Positions 1 through 11,470 of a stretch of 64,000 nucleotides of DNA are shown piece by piece. The number at the start of each line of letters is the position of its first letter. The stretch's first letter is position 1. A program made the position numbers and the translations under genes. This DNA is from Zygnema circumcarinatum SAG 698-1b (taxonomy: Eukaryota > Plantae > Zygnematophyceae), in the NCBI GenBank assembly GCA_037447605.1, contig CM074819.1, positions 2,283,580 through 2,347,579 of the forward strand. The letters run 5' to 3'. The notes below the pieces were generated by a model. It did no database searches, was not told the DNA's origin, and was given only the letters and a program-made list of their open reading frames with translations.

Positions 1-1724
1 ACTTTGGGGGATGATTATGGAAGTGCAGATGATGTGTGGATCAATGTGAGGAGGATACAACAGCAACAGGAGTGAAATTCACAATCAGAATCGCAATACT
101 GTAGCATGTGAATTGATATCCCACCTCTTCCCACGATTCAAAGTGGGGCTGAGCAGCCTGATTGTTGGCACTGATGATTTCGACAGCGTCAGTGAACTCC
201 ATCCCCTTCACAAAGGTCAGGTACCTGGAAAAAATAGAAGCACACGTTAGCCGAGATAAGGAAGAGAGAAGAGAGATGGAAAGGGGCAGAGAGCGAGAGA
301 GGGAGAGAGAGAGAGCGAGAGAGAAGGGGGGGGGGGGCTCACCCTAGAGCCACCAATGGACTGCGGTCCACCCCCGAGGTGCAGCACACGTGCACTTTAT
401 AGCCTAATGCCACGAGCGATGCGACAGCTCTCACAGCCTCCGGCAAAGCAGCAGCCTGTACAAAAAAAATCGCACTTTACACGTAAGGAAATGTTATCCA
501 TAAAGCTACCAGCAGCAGCAGTTCAATCAGTCTGCCATGATCTATGTGCCAATCTGGCCCAACCGCACCTGGTCCTGGTAGTCCCCGTCCCTCATGGAGA
601 TTCTGACGGCCATCAAACCCTTCTGGCTGGCCCTTTCCCGGAACTTTCCCCAGTCGAGGCCGAGTTTGTCACAGCCGTCTTCCGTCTGCAGACCATCAAA
701 AGCAATTGATCAGTTTTCACTAACAGGAGTTGTTAAAAAACGGCCTCCAATGATATTCTTAACTATGTTGCAAGTACGCAGAAGTAGTCAGCGGACGACT
801 GACCTCAAGGAAAAGGAGTGCGGTGGTCTTGGTGTTGGCGAGAAGGACATCGAGATCGCGAGGAGAGCGCGGGCACGGCCCCATGGACAGCTCCTCAGAG
901 AGCACGCTCCATGCAGGGGGCACCGCCTGCGAAGTACCTGAACACTCCAAATGCACTCCAATTCAGAGCCTTCCCCCCGTTTCGCATATCCTTTCTAATA
1001 TCTAACCACCAAAACTCCTCTTTCTCACTTTCAGCCCCCTCCCTTTCCCTACTGTTCCAGCCTTCACCATCTCCTCTCCCTCCCTCTCGAATTCCCATTT
1101 CGTTAGCTTATCTTTCCGACACTGGCCCCCCAATCAATTTTTCCATTCCAATCCATCAACTAATTTCCCTCACAGATATTCTTCTCTCTCAGTTTCTCAG
1201 CCATTTCTTCCTTTTTAAGTCCTTCTCCCTACCACTTCCCCAACCTGTTCCATTTCCCATTCCCCTTTCCCTCCTCCCTCATTCTCTGCTCCCTTTCCCT
1301 TTCCTCTCCTCTGCATTGCCCTCCCTTGCTCCTGTGGAAGTCTCCATTGAAATTTCTACAAGTTCCCCTGCCTGTCCCTCTCCCTCCCCTTCCCCTCCCC
1401 CCTCGCACACACTCTCACTCCCCTCCCCCTTCCGAAAGCGGACAGCTGGACCGCACCCGAAGAGCGCCACGTGGCGACCCCCGTGGACGGCGCCGTGGCA
1501 ACAGCATTGGTCCTGATTGGCGCGCCTCTGCGGGCGGGCGCCTTCCCCGCGCTCCCGCGCACAAGCAGCGGTCGCTGCCGCCCGTGGGCGTGTCGCCTGC
1601 CTAGCACGGGCAGGCCCTGGATGCTGCTGCTGCTGCAGGAGGAGGAGGAGGAGGGCACACCCTTCGCCGCAGCTGTGCTTTTCTCCAGAAGCGCTACCGA
1701 CGAGCTTAGGTTTACTGCCGCCAT
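1..1724 (-). CDS. Plastid-targeted dual-specificity phosphatase of the glucan-phosphatase (SEX4/LSF/laforin) family; 3' end lies outside the window
   Basis: Phase-consistent exons 1724-1457, 937-804, 685-569, 455-343, 224-125. They give a Ser/Ala/Arg-rich transit-like N-terminus, then WSVLSEELSMGPCPRSPRDLDVLL...GLDWGKFRERASQKGLMAVRISMRDGDYQDQAAALPEAV...VHVCCTSGVDRSPLVALGYLTFVKGM. This aligns by eye with the SEX4/LSF DSP domain (D-loop RDxD, CX5R loop). Confidence 0.85.
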
Positions 1725-1971
1725 GCTCTCTATCTTGATGAGCCGAGAAAAGCAGTACAGAGAGAGAGGGGAGGGAGGAAGAGAGAGGGGAGGGAGGGAG
1801 AGGGAGGGGAGGGAGGGGAGGGAGGGAGAGGGAGGGGAGGGAGGGAGGGAGGGAGGGAAAGAGGGAGGAAGGAGGGGGGCGAGGGGCCCGTGCGGCAGTG
1901 GCAGAGCGAGGAGGGCGCTAAGAGGGCCGGACGCAGCGCAGCCGCACGCAGGGCGGGGCCCTGCACGGGCT

Positions 1972-2176
1972 CCACGTGGCGCGGGTGGATAAGGGGCACG
2001 CGGCGGACCGCGTTCCGGCGACGCCCGCGACCGCCGGAACGGAACAGAGCATGGAACCGTCCCCCGCGACTACACGCACATAGCATGGAGTGGGTCCCGA
2101 CCGTTGCGCGCACGTGCGGGAGCCACGTGGCGCGCCGCCCGCCCCACGTCATGGCCCGGACGGGCCAGGACCGTAC
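1972..2176. promoter_or_regulatory. Promoter of the DSP gene with G-box cluster and one CCGTAC site
   Basis: CCACGTGG 1972-1979, CACGTG 2111-2116, GCCACGTGGC 2122-2131, CCACGTCA 2144-2151 and CCGTAC 2171-2176, in a GC-rich island upstream of the ATG at 1724. Confidence 0.55.
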
Positions 2177-4178
2177 TGCGCGCGCAACGGCGCCGGTCGT
2201 GCAGCTCCGTGCGGCGCTGCTCCGTCAGGGACGGGCCTGCGGAACGAACGGGCAGGATCTGTGGCTGGCTCTACGGGCCGTTGGACAGAGAAAGACCAGG
2301 TGAGAAAATAAAAATAAATGGACTGCCGTGGATTCCAAAAATTTGCAAATCATACAAATAGTCCGGTCGCAAATCTCAGCCGTCCGATGGCGTACCGCGA
2401 GCATTGACCAGATGCCGTCGATTCCCCGGCGGAAGGGGGGGAGCAGAGGGATGGATGCGTTCCCAGCCGTCGATCTGCAGCGGGCCGTCGAACAGTCGTC
2501 GGCCGGGCGCGTCGGGACGGCGGAACGGAACGGCCTCCTGCGGGGGCGCCAGCCGTCCGTCCGATGACAGCGCGCGAGCGAGCGCGTCGTCCCGCGCCGT
2601 CGATGACCGCTCGAGGGAGAAAGGGAGGGAGCGGACGGACGGACGGACGGACGCATCGCAGCCGTCCGCTTGCGGCCTCCCTGACGGCTCGCGCCTTGGC
2701 GGGCAGCAACTTCTTCCAGCTCATGACCGCCCGCCGGCCGACACCCGGCCAGGCCATGGCGGAGTCGTCACGAGGACAGCGCAGAGCGGCGTGGCAGGCG
2801 GTCAGCTTCGTCCTTCTTTGATTATTACCGGACGTACGTAATCATGTTTTAACCCTGGTGTTGCGCCGTCGTTACTGGCTGTACCCAGCAGCTGAGATAG
2901 GAAAAACATGGCGTTGCAGAGAATGGTGTGGCATTGGCGTTGCAGCGTACAATAGCTTGTGAACCAAGATGTTAAGAAGTGCTTATGTATTTCCCGCAAG
3001 TCGCAACAGTTATTCACCGACAGGTGCAGGGACATTGAGTATAGGGGACGTGAGGGGGAGCAGGGTGGGAGAGAAAATGGGGAAGAGAGTGAGGGAGAAA
3101 GGAAGAGAATGGGAAAGGAATGAGGAGAGTTTCGCGTTCCCGGTATTAGGCAGACACTCCAAGTTATTGAGTTAACTAGTTACGGAAGAATACACGATTG
3201 AGTAAGATTTTCCCCTATTAGAATTTGAAAAAGGATGTCAGCCATTAGTCGCCTTTGAGGGACTTCAGGTTTTTTGTTCCAACTCGTTAGTCAATCTTCC
3301 CAAAACTGAAGTCTATACTCTCTGCCCCCCCAATTCAGTATCCTCGTTCCGCACCTGTGGTTAACCGTTACAAATGCAAGATAGAGGTTTACCTTCACAT
3401 TTAAATTAATAAGAACTGCGCAGTCTCGACAAAGGAGGTTCTCCAGAGTTGGTGCAACAAACAGACATAATTAACCCACACCGCCTTAAACATGACTTCC
3501 AGATGTCTTTGCAAATTACTTTCACGCTTTTTCGCCTCGGCATCACGTGAGGAAGCCAGTGCCAAATTCACTAACTGCAACAATCTAAGAACGAGCGTTC
3601 CAGCCTCAATCGCCAAAAGCTCGTTAGGACCAGAAGGCCTCCGGTTGGTTAAAAATGTGCTCATTCAAAAGATTGAAACAAAGATTTTCAACTCCGACAA
3701 CATGGCTATCTCAAACACCATCACTCTATCAATGAACTATATCAAAGATGATTCAGTAATCGATGACCTGGCTGCTACTCCGTCACATGCGCTACTCTTT
3801 TAGAATCGCGTATCAGAAAATTAAATTGCGATTAAGCTTTCTCAAAAGACAGTACAAAGTGTTAAGAACTTATGTACTAATTAACTCTCCTAGCATGCAC
3901 TCGGCGTGCTCTGGCCTATCTCACTGACCCCGCACGCCCTATTCTACATGTACTTACAGCCCACATAGGAAAAGTCCGCAATGTGAGAAACTGGCTATGC
4001 AAGTGTTCGAGTCAGACCATTCCGAGCAGTAGCCCCTCGTGTGTGCCGTACAATGAATGCTGGGCCTGCTTGTCCCCACTCCGTGCCTTCCCTCTAGACA
4101 ATGTAACCATTAAACTGCAACCTCTGCGCTTTTGCACTTCAAATCTCACCTTTTTAAAGTCCCAACCCATCACATATT

Positions 4179-4507
4179 TTAGGTTTTGCTCCACCGTGGG
4201 GCTTCAGTCACAATGGCGGTGCCGTTTTGCGATGAGATAAAGGGAACAGCAGTTTTCGAGGCTCCATTGCTCGACTCAGCGGCTATCTCCTCCACCACCA
4301 CCACCTCCTCCCCCTCGTTGGGGACCACGCGGGCCTTAATGCCCTCATGCACGTTCAGCAGCTCCTGCAGCCGCACACGTCACAACCGCATAAGACAACA
4401 TCATTCATACCCAGCTACATAAAGGAACGGGCAACTCCTGAGAAAGAAGTTTATCCAGAACACAAGTTCCTACTATACCGCCTCCCTCCCCCCTCTCTCT
4501 CTCTCTC

Positions 4508-4567
<60 letters not shown>

Positions 4568-4711
4568 CCACTCTCTCCAAATCTCTCTCTCCAAATCTCC
4601 CTCTCCGATATCTCTCTCTCCAATATCTCTCTCTCCAATATCTCTCTCTCCAATATCTCTCTCTCCAATATCTCTCTCTCCAATATCTCTCTCTCCAATA
4701 TCTATCTCTCC

Positions 4712-4760
<49 letters not shown>

Positions 4761-7070
4761 GTCTCTGTCTCTCTCACCTGTGCGTTGGTACGAGCGGAGG
4801 TCGAAATGACGCTGAGAGCGAGGATGGAGAAGGGCTCCTCGATGAGCACTCCGACTTCCTCGACGCAGAAGAGCACCGCCGTGATGATGGCGGTTATGGG
4901 CACAGTGAGCCATCCGCAGGAGTCCCACAGGGCGAGCGGCAGGAAGAGGTGCCACAGCACGAGGAACCGGGAGGTCAGCCGCGTGTACGACAGGGGGATG
5001 GGGGTCTTGAAGATGCGCTCACTGCCTCCAATGTCATCGGCAAAAGTTTGCAGATTGTTGTCCTGCACAAGGTAAAAGGCTAAATTCAGCACCACCAAAA
5101 GAAAAAGACTCAGGTACTCAATTTATTATAATCAATATAAAGCGTTAACGTTAGGGGCATTCAAGGAGAGGCACTGCGCGCACCATGGACAGCTTCTGCA
5201 CGGAGTCGAAGGTGCAACGGCCGATGAGCTCGGAGCACATCTGAAGGATGTAATTAGGGCGGTGGGTGGTCGAAACGCACGCCTTGATCTCCTCCTCCGT
5301 GAGAGAGGTCAGCGTCTGCGGGCCCGCATTTCAAACTGCTTAGCTTCCCAAACAGAGGCTCCGATCCACCACAGCAGACAGAGAGCTGTTTTAGAAATTT
5401 AACCGGCGGCAGATACATTTCCAGTTTTCATAATCCCAGAAGAGCGCTGACCTTCAAATCGTACTCCAAGTCGCCCTCCTGCACCATGTGGTGCTTGTAG
5501 GTGATGGAGAAGGCCTGCAGGTGGCGGATGAACTGCAGCATCTTGGGGCGCTCGTTCTCATACTCCCCGCGCGCCATGTAAGTTAGAGCTTGGCGGGTGA
5601 TATCACGCGTTCTGTTCAACATCAGTCCCCACATTTTGCGGGCCTGCAAACACATTCACCATTTGGAAAAAAAGTCAGGCAATTAGCATAATATTACAAA
5701 CAAGAGAAATCGCAAATTTCAAGCAGGAAACAGTGTCTCGAGATACACAAGGGTGCAGTAATCACCTCATCGAAACGTCCGTAGCTCGCGTTAGTCCGGA
5801 AGACTAGGAGGAAAGAGAGGGCCGGCGAGGTGAGGGAGAAGGGCAGTGCGTTGACGTGCAGGAGTGGGAGCACCACCGGCAGGCTCGCCTGCATTATGAG
5901 AGTGTTGATGGAGCACACGGAGAGGGCGATGCCGGTCATGGCCACCACCGGGGGGACAAGGGACCCGATCACGCGCGAGCTCACAATGGACTGGATGTGA
6001 CGGACATAGCGACCGCTGCTCTTGTGCTTCTGCAGAAACAAAAAAGGAGAGACCTCACTGTGAAATCGGAAGAAAGAAAATAAAATTCGGCTCAGATGTA
6101 CTTTTTCAACTGCATGATAGTGGACTGAATCAACAATTGCAGTCAAGACAACCTCCTATGGCGAATTTTGTTTCCACGGTCAATTCAAAAAAATTCAAAC
6201 GCTTCACTTGTGCTGTACTGATGCAATTGCACTGTACAAACACTCTACATTGCACTGGCGAAGGACGAAGAATTGCATCGAATTGGCATATACAAAGCAT
6301 CGACCGAAACAAACGGTTCCAGCGAAAAAAAAAAAAACAATCTGTCGACGACATTGGAGCGTTCGCCACGAAAAGCAAAGGCGATCTTGATAATCTTACA
6401 GAACCAGAAGAAAACAGACAATAAAGGCGACGACATTGCAGGCCTTGGACCCATAGACAACCCTCATTCAAAGACTTTGAAAGACCCCGCACACCCAAGT
6501 GAGCGCAAAATTCACCCCCCTTCAAGATCGCCAATCAAAACGTAAATTTACCCTAAAATTCAAGAAGGGATCCACACGCACCTTCCAATCGTCGAAGGTG
6601 AAGACGCTGCGGCGGTACGGCATGCCCTCGAACTTGGCGCGGTCGACCTCCGCAATGTCGAGCAGAGCGGTGGTCAGCGGCGACTTCCCCCCCTCTGCGC
6701 GCACACGCGCGCGCCGACCCCCTGCGCCGGTGAGGGGCCGCCGGGACAGCTGGTGGCTCTTCCCCAGGCTCTGCCACATGCCTGACTCCGACCATCCATG
6801 GCTACCGGCGTGCGAGCAGAGGCCGGAGCAGCCGCATGCCTTCTTCAGACAGGCACCGCACTTGCAAGAGGCGGCGTGGCGGACAGAGGGCTTGCACACT
6901 GCGCATTTGCAGGACGCGCCATGGCGGGCAACAGTCCCCACTGCGGAGAGCTGCGCCGCGAGGCTGCCCGCGCATCCGCGACAGCGGCATGACGAGGAGT
7001 GAGAAGACACTTTCCCCGAAACATACAGCTTCATGGAGGTCGCCCCCATCGGACTCAGTGCGGTAGCCAT
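4179..7070 (-). CDS. BST: Thylakoid-type bestrophin anion channel (UPF0187; BST/VCCN family), 6 exons
   Basis: Exons 7070-6582, 6029-5766, 5643-5452, 5315-5184, 5062-4778, 4364-4179, all phase 0 with GT-AG. Family motifs: RRSVFTFDDWKKHKSSGRY, LSFLLVFRTNASYGRFDEARKMWGLMLNRTRDITRQ, HRPNY, PIPLSYTRLTSRFL, EEVGVLIEEPF. Confidence 0.95.
4490..4775. repeat. Compound intronic microsatellite: (CT)n plus about 7 copies of a 15-bp unit CAATATCTCTCTCTC
   Basis: Directly visible in bestrophin intron 5 (4365-4777). Confidence 0.9.
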
Positions 7071-7344
7071 GCCTGCCTCTGCTCCTCGCTCTCCCTCTCT
7101 TCCTTCTCTGTCTTTCCCTTAAAACTCCCTCTTTTTGCCTCTCTCCCTCCCTCTCTCTCTCTCCCGCTCTCACTCGCTACCTGCACACGAATTGCCGTGC
7201 ACAATTGGCGGTGTGGCGCTGATATCTGGCGGAGGGGGGGAAGAGCAGGCTGGGCGGGGGCTGCCCGGGGCCAAGTCCCGAGGCAGGCGCGGCGGCGGCC
7301 CGCCTCGCCTCTGATCGCGACCGCGTGCGCTCCGCCCAGGGCCA

Positions 7345-7841
7345 GCCACGTGGCACCGGTCACGCCCTTACGGTACGGCCGTGCGCGGACTGGCGGACGC
7401 CTCGCGCGTGCGGTAGTACGGACGGCGGCGGCGGAGTGCGCTGGAGTGGGCGGGCGGGCGGGCGGGAGCGTATGACCGCGGCTCCATGGAGCCCTGTTGA
7501 GCGTGGACCAGGTCGGAATCTGGCCAATCGCAGCCAATTTTGACACGAATGTGCCACGTGGCGACCTCGGAGTGGGCGGTGGGCGCCGGGGGCGATCGGA
7601 TCCGCGGCAGTCGGGCGGGGCTTTGGCTCCGAAGGCGAGGCGCGGGGCGGTTCGGGGCCCCGGCCCGGGTCTAGGTCCGGGTCCAGGTCCGGGTCTGGCT
7701 CTGGGCTGGGTTCCGGGCACAGGGGGGTGCTGGCGGGCGGCAGGGCGGCACGGAGTGTCGGCGGGCGGGCGGACGTGCCACGTGGCGGGCAGCGGAGGGA
7801 GGCGGAGGGTCGGCGGCCCCTCGGACTCGGCGCCACGTGGC
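7345..7841. promoter_or_regulatory. Bestrophin promoter: four perfect GCCACGTGGC G-boxes, two GTACGG sites, tandem CCAAT boxes
   Basis: GCCACGTGGC at 7345, 7553, 7777, 7832; GTACGG at 7373 and 7416; CCAAT at about 7524 and 7534. Confidence 0.6.
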
Positions 7842-8803
7842 CGGTCGCGGGCGGCAAGGCAGGTCGGCGGAGATTCGGTGCTCGCCGTGTAGGTGGTTGG
7901 GTGGCACGGGCAGGGTGGTTCGCACGTGCGAGCCACGGCAGTGCGGGTGGAGAGGTTGGCTGCAGGGAGGACTGACTGACTGACTGACTCGCTTCGATGA
8001 AGGACATATGATTTGTTGAGCATCCGCCACGACACGACGCGAGGCAGCTTTGTAACAGAACCACATCTCGCTTGACGGCCAGTTTTTAGGAGACATCGAC
8101 ATCGATGCTGGCTGGCTGGCTGGCTGGCAGTGAGTGATCACTCCCGGCCATCCTGTCCATAACCATTAGACGCATTCTCCACGAACGAACTTGTAAAGCA
8201 TCTCCTGTCCTCCCTCAGTCAGTGCGGAGGAGCTTAGGTCAGGCAGGCAGGCAGGCAGTGGGCACTGATCGCTTTGGCGAGTGAGGGGAGAGAGTGATGC
8301 ATGTGTGAGGAGGGAAACGAGCAGAACTCTTCGCACGTGCCACAAGCGCAATGATAGGAAACAGCTTAAAAAAGGCATGATGCCATCTATTTAGCTCAGA
8401 GCTAGGCTGTTGCTGCTAACAAGGAATCAGGTATCTGCAATCGATCAGCAGTCAGCTGCAGGTTTGGGCCGTATAGCAATTTCCACTACCACGCGTTCCC
8501 GTTCATTCTCTTTACTGTCAGATTTCCGTCCCATTGGGTACTTCGAATTCTGTAAGAAAAGCAGTCTAGAAAGTCGAGGGCTGGCAGATGAGCAGAAAGG
8601 AGATAGATGAACGCTCACTTAGATTAAATATTTGACTGATTTACATTGAACTGGTAACTCCACAACTACTGGCGCCTAACGGGACCCTCCAATTTTGGAG
8701 GGCTGCACGCTGACCTACCCTGCGACTGCTGCCTGACTAGTAATACACAACATGCACAGCCCCCTCCGTCTGCCACGTGTCTCCCCTATCACACTGCCTC
8801 CGC

Positions 8804-11470
8804 CTAAGCAAGGAGTCCTGCGCTGAGAGACTTGATGGTGGTGATCTGGTTCACTTCGCAATGGAGGAGATGGCGCTCTCCGCGGATCACGGCATACCTG
8901 CCACGTCATTTGCGATTGTGCTTGTCAGGCTCAAAATATTCATATAAATTATTTGACTTCTCATTTTTGCGTGAAGAATAGTTTTTCCGGAGAAACTGAG
9001 CACAGAGTTTGACGCCATTCTACACGATTGCACGTTAGAAAAGCATTGCTTGAGCACGGGGAGGTTCCATGCTCACATAGTTCCGGGGGCGACGTAGTCC
9101 ACAGTTCTGTCCAGCCGGAATGGCTCGCCCGGGATCTGGTCCACAGAACCACGAGGACCGACCGCCTCCCATTAGAAAGGAGAAGAGACTCGACTCGTCT
9201 GGGCACTACGATTGAGCTCAATTTACATGTTTACTAGGCGTGGTTCCATGTCTCTCCCCGCCAGAAAAGGCAGAGCCTCCAGGAGAGAGAATAACTATAT
9301 ATCGACAGTGGCAGAAATTTCTACATACAAAAGTGGAGTAACGAGTTAAGACATCCCCAAAGCCTCACCTGGTTGCCAGAGTGGATCTGCACTCCGGTGA
9401 CGACGGCGTAGTCAGATGTCTCGGGGTTGACGGTCTTAGAGATGAGCAGCTCCAAGTCGTCAGTGATCACCTGCGGCAGCATCCTTCACGAATTAGGTGT
9501 CTGCTTCCACCCTACCTCTTCGCTGCAAGCATTCATGGGAATCGGCATTGCAGGTAGATGGACATATGCCTTCAATAACAAAAGTGTCAATGTAAGAACT
9601 TTTAACAACTCACCTGCAGAGCGGCCTTTGTAACGTCGACAAGGCTTGGGCCAGAGGCGGTTTGGCAAGAAGGCTGCAGAAGTAAAGCAAATCCCACAGA
9701 CAAAGTCAACACAAACCAAAAAAAATTATATATATGTATATATATATGTATATACGATTCATTAAACGAGTGGGGAAGCGCTAACAATCCGCAAGTTCCC
9801 TGAGGACGCCTCTCGTACCTGGCTGAGAACCTTCCTCTTGAGCGTGATGTACTCCGCGTCCTCCTCGTCCTCCTCGATCTGCCCCGCCCCGAGCTTGGCG
9901 TCGTTCTTGATGGCGATCAGCGCCCCGCACGCGCTCGAGGGCTTCCCGCGGCCCCGCCGGAGGAGGGACCCGACCTCGCCGCTCTCGCCGATGGACACGT
10001 GCGGGAACGCGAAGAATACATCTGCGGGGAAACGCGCGGAGAGGGGCAGAGAGTTAGGGGCAGAGAGTGAGAGGCAGAGGGAGAGGGGCAGGGACAGGCC
10101 GGCGAAAGGTCAGTCAAAGTGCAGGCGCAGGAACGGGGCGAGGGAGGGGGGCGGGGCGGCACTGACAGCGTTCGCGCGGCTTGCCGTCCTTGTCGCAGGG
10201 GAACTCGGGGCTGTGGGACATGCCGGCCTTGAACCCCGTCTTGCCGCAGTTGATGAGCCCGCCCAGCCCGGACACGTTGAAGGACAGCCCGAACGTCTGG
10301 TCGATGTACGTGGCCAGGGGCCGGCACACCTGCACGCCAAAAAACACTCACGTTCGCTCAGTGCGGGGATGCAATAGGCCAATGCAATGTGCGTTTCAGA
10401 CTGCTGAACATTTCAGTCAATAAATTTTAAAGTAAAGCAAGGTCAGGGCAGCAGGTATTACCTCATCACGGCAGGTGTTCACAAGAGCGATGCAGTTTTC
10501 CCTGCCGGACATCCCAAACCGACCCTCATGTCAGTAGCGAATACGAAGAGCCACCAACATGCTGGAGAAATTCCTCCTCCCTCCCTCCCTCCCTCCCTCC
10601 CTCCCTCCCTCCCACCTGCTGAAGCCGAGGTTGAAGAGCTCCTCCGCCACGGCGGAGACGAAGCTCTCATCCTGCATGGCGTTGGGGAAGTAGTAGCTGA
10701 TGGTCGCCAGCGCCGCGGGCGCCGCCCTCTTGTTGAACTTCGACACCGCGCCGTTCGTGGACTCGGCCGCGGGCGGGGCCGGGGCCGCCGCTACGGGCAC
10801 CTCCTTCGCGGTGAACTTGGAGACCGCGGCGAAGCCCACCGCGCCGAGGACTGTGCCCACACCCAGCAGGGTCGGCACAGGCGCGGGGGCCACGCTGGAA
10901 CTCGCGGAGATGGACGCCACCTGCAGACCTGCAGCAGGGCGCGGGGCAGGGGGGTGAGGAGGGGAGAGGGAAAGATGGCGGGGGAAGTGGAAGGGAGAGT
11001 ACAGGAAGGTGAGCGGCAGAGAGAGAGAAGGGAAATAGAGAGAAAAGAGTACGGACAGGTAGAGTGGGACAGAGAGAGAGATACGTCGCAGAATGCGGGA
11101 AAGGGAGCCTGGGAAAGGGAAAGGTGAATGGAAGGAGCTTGGATGGGAGAGAGGATGAAACGGCTGAAATGTACAGAATATACAGAATGTATGGAGGTTA
11201 TGACAAGGGATGGAGCGAGTACGTGCTGGGGACCGAGCTGAAAAAGGATGGCTAGGGAGCAGGTTGGACGCTGAGGGAGAGCAGCTTACTCTGTGCCGCG
11301 GACATTTGAACGCTCTCCTCTCCTCCAAGAGCAGCGCTCACTTTAGACGCAGTCCATTTCCTAGCGGGCGCTGCAACCACAGCGGTGGCTGCGCTCTTAG
11401 GGGCAGCGCGCAGGCCGGCCCAGGAGGACACCTCCAGCTTCAGGCATGGGCTTCCCAGTGCGGCAGCCAT
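8804..11470 (-). CDS. LCIB: LCIB-family (limiting-CO2-inducible, beta-carbonic-anhydrase fold) protein, copy 1, 9 exons
   Basis: Exons 11470-11290, 10928-10616, 10501-10462, 10329-10167, 10021-9819, 9673-9614, 9470-9369, 9135-9077, 8897-8804, phase-consistent. LCIB motifs: NCIALVNTCRDE, FGLSFNVSGLGGLINCGKTGFKAGMSHSP, RERYVFFAFPH, SACGAL, ITDDLELLI, DYAVVTGVQIH. The Cys/His/Cys zinc ligands are intact. Confidence 0.95.

Noticed and set aside
1730-2841. Many overlapping ORFs upstream of the DSP gene
   Set aside because: GC-rich promoter sequence with (GGGA)n and (ACGG)n microsatellites; there is no coherent coding signal.
4179-4200. Possible Rubisco-binding motif at the bestrophin C-terminus (APRWSKT)
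   Set aside because: It does not fit the Chlamydomonas W[R/K]xx-hydrophobic consensus, because the Trp is followed by Ser and the protein ends three residues later.
4405-4777. (ERDIG)n/(EREIL)n C-terminal extension of the bestrophin in ORFs 4451..5098 and 4405..4698
   Set aside because: Read-through of exon 5 into an intronic microsatellite. A canonical GTGAG donor at 4777 and a downstream acceptor at 4365 give a normal final exon.
7055-8141. Overlapping Pro/Arg/Gly-rich ORFs (326, 234, 156 aa)
   Set aside because: They lie in the GC-rich bestrophin promoter island, are low-complexity, are open in several frames and show no homology I can recognise.
8166-8210. MLYKFVRGECV, faintly like the LCIB last exon (MYAVIRGE), as a relic or alternative exon
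   Set aside because: Only about four residues match and the acceptor phase is incompatible with LCIB exon 8. Probably chance.
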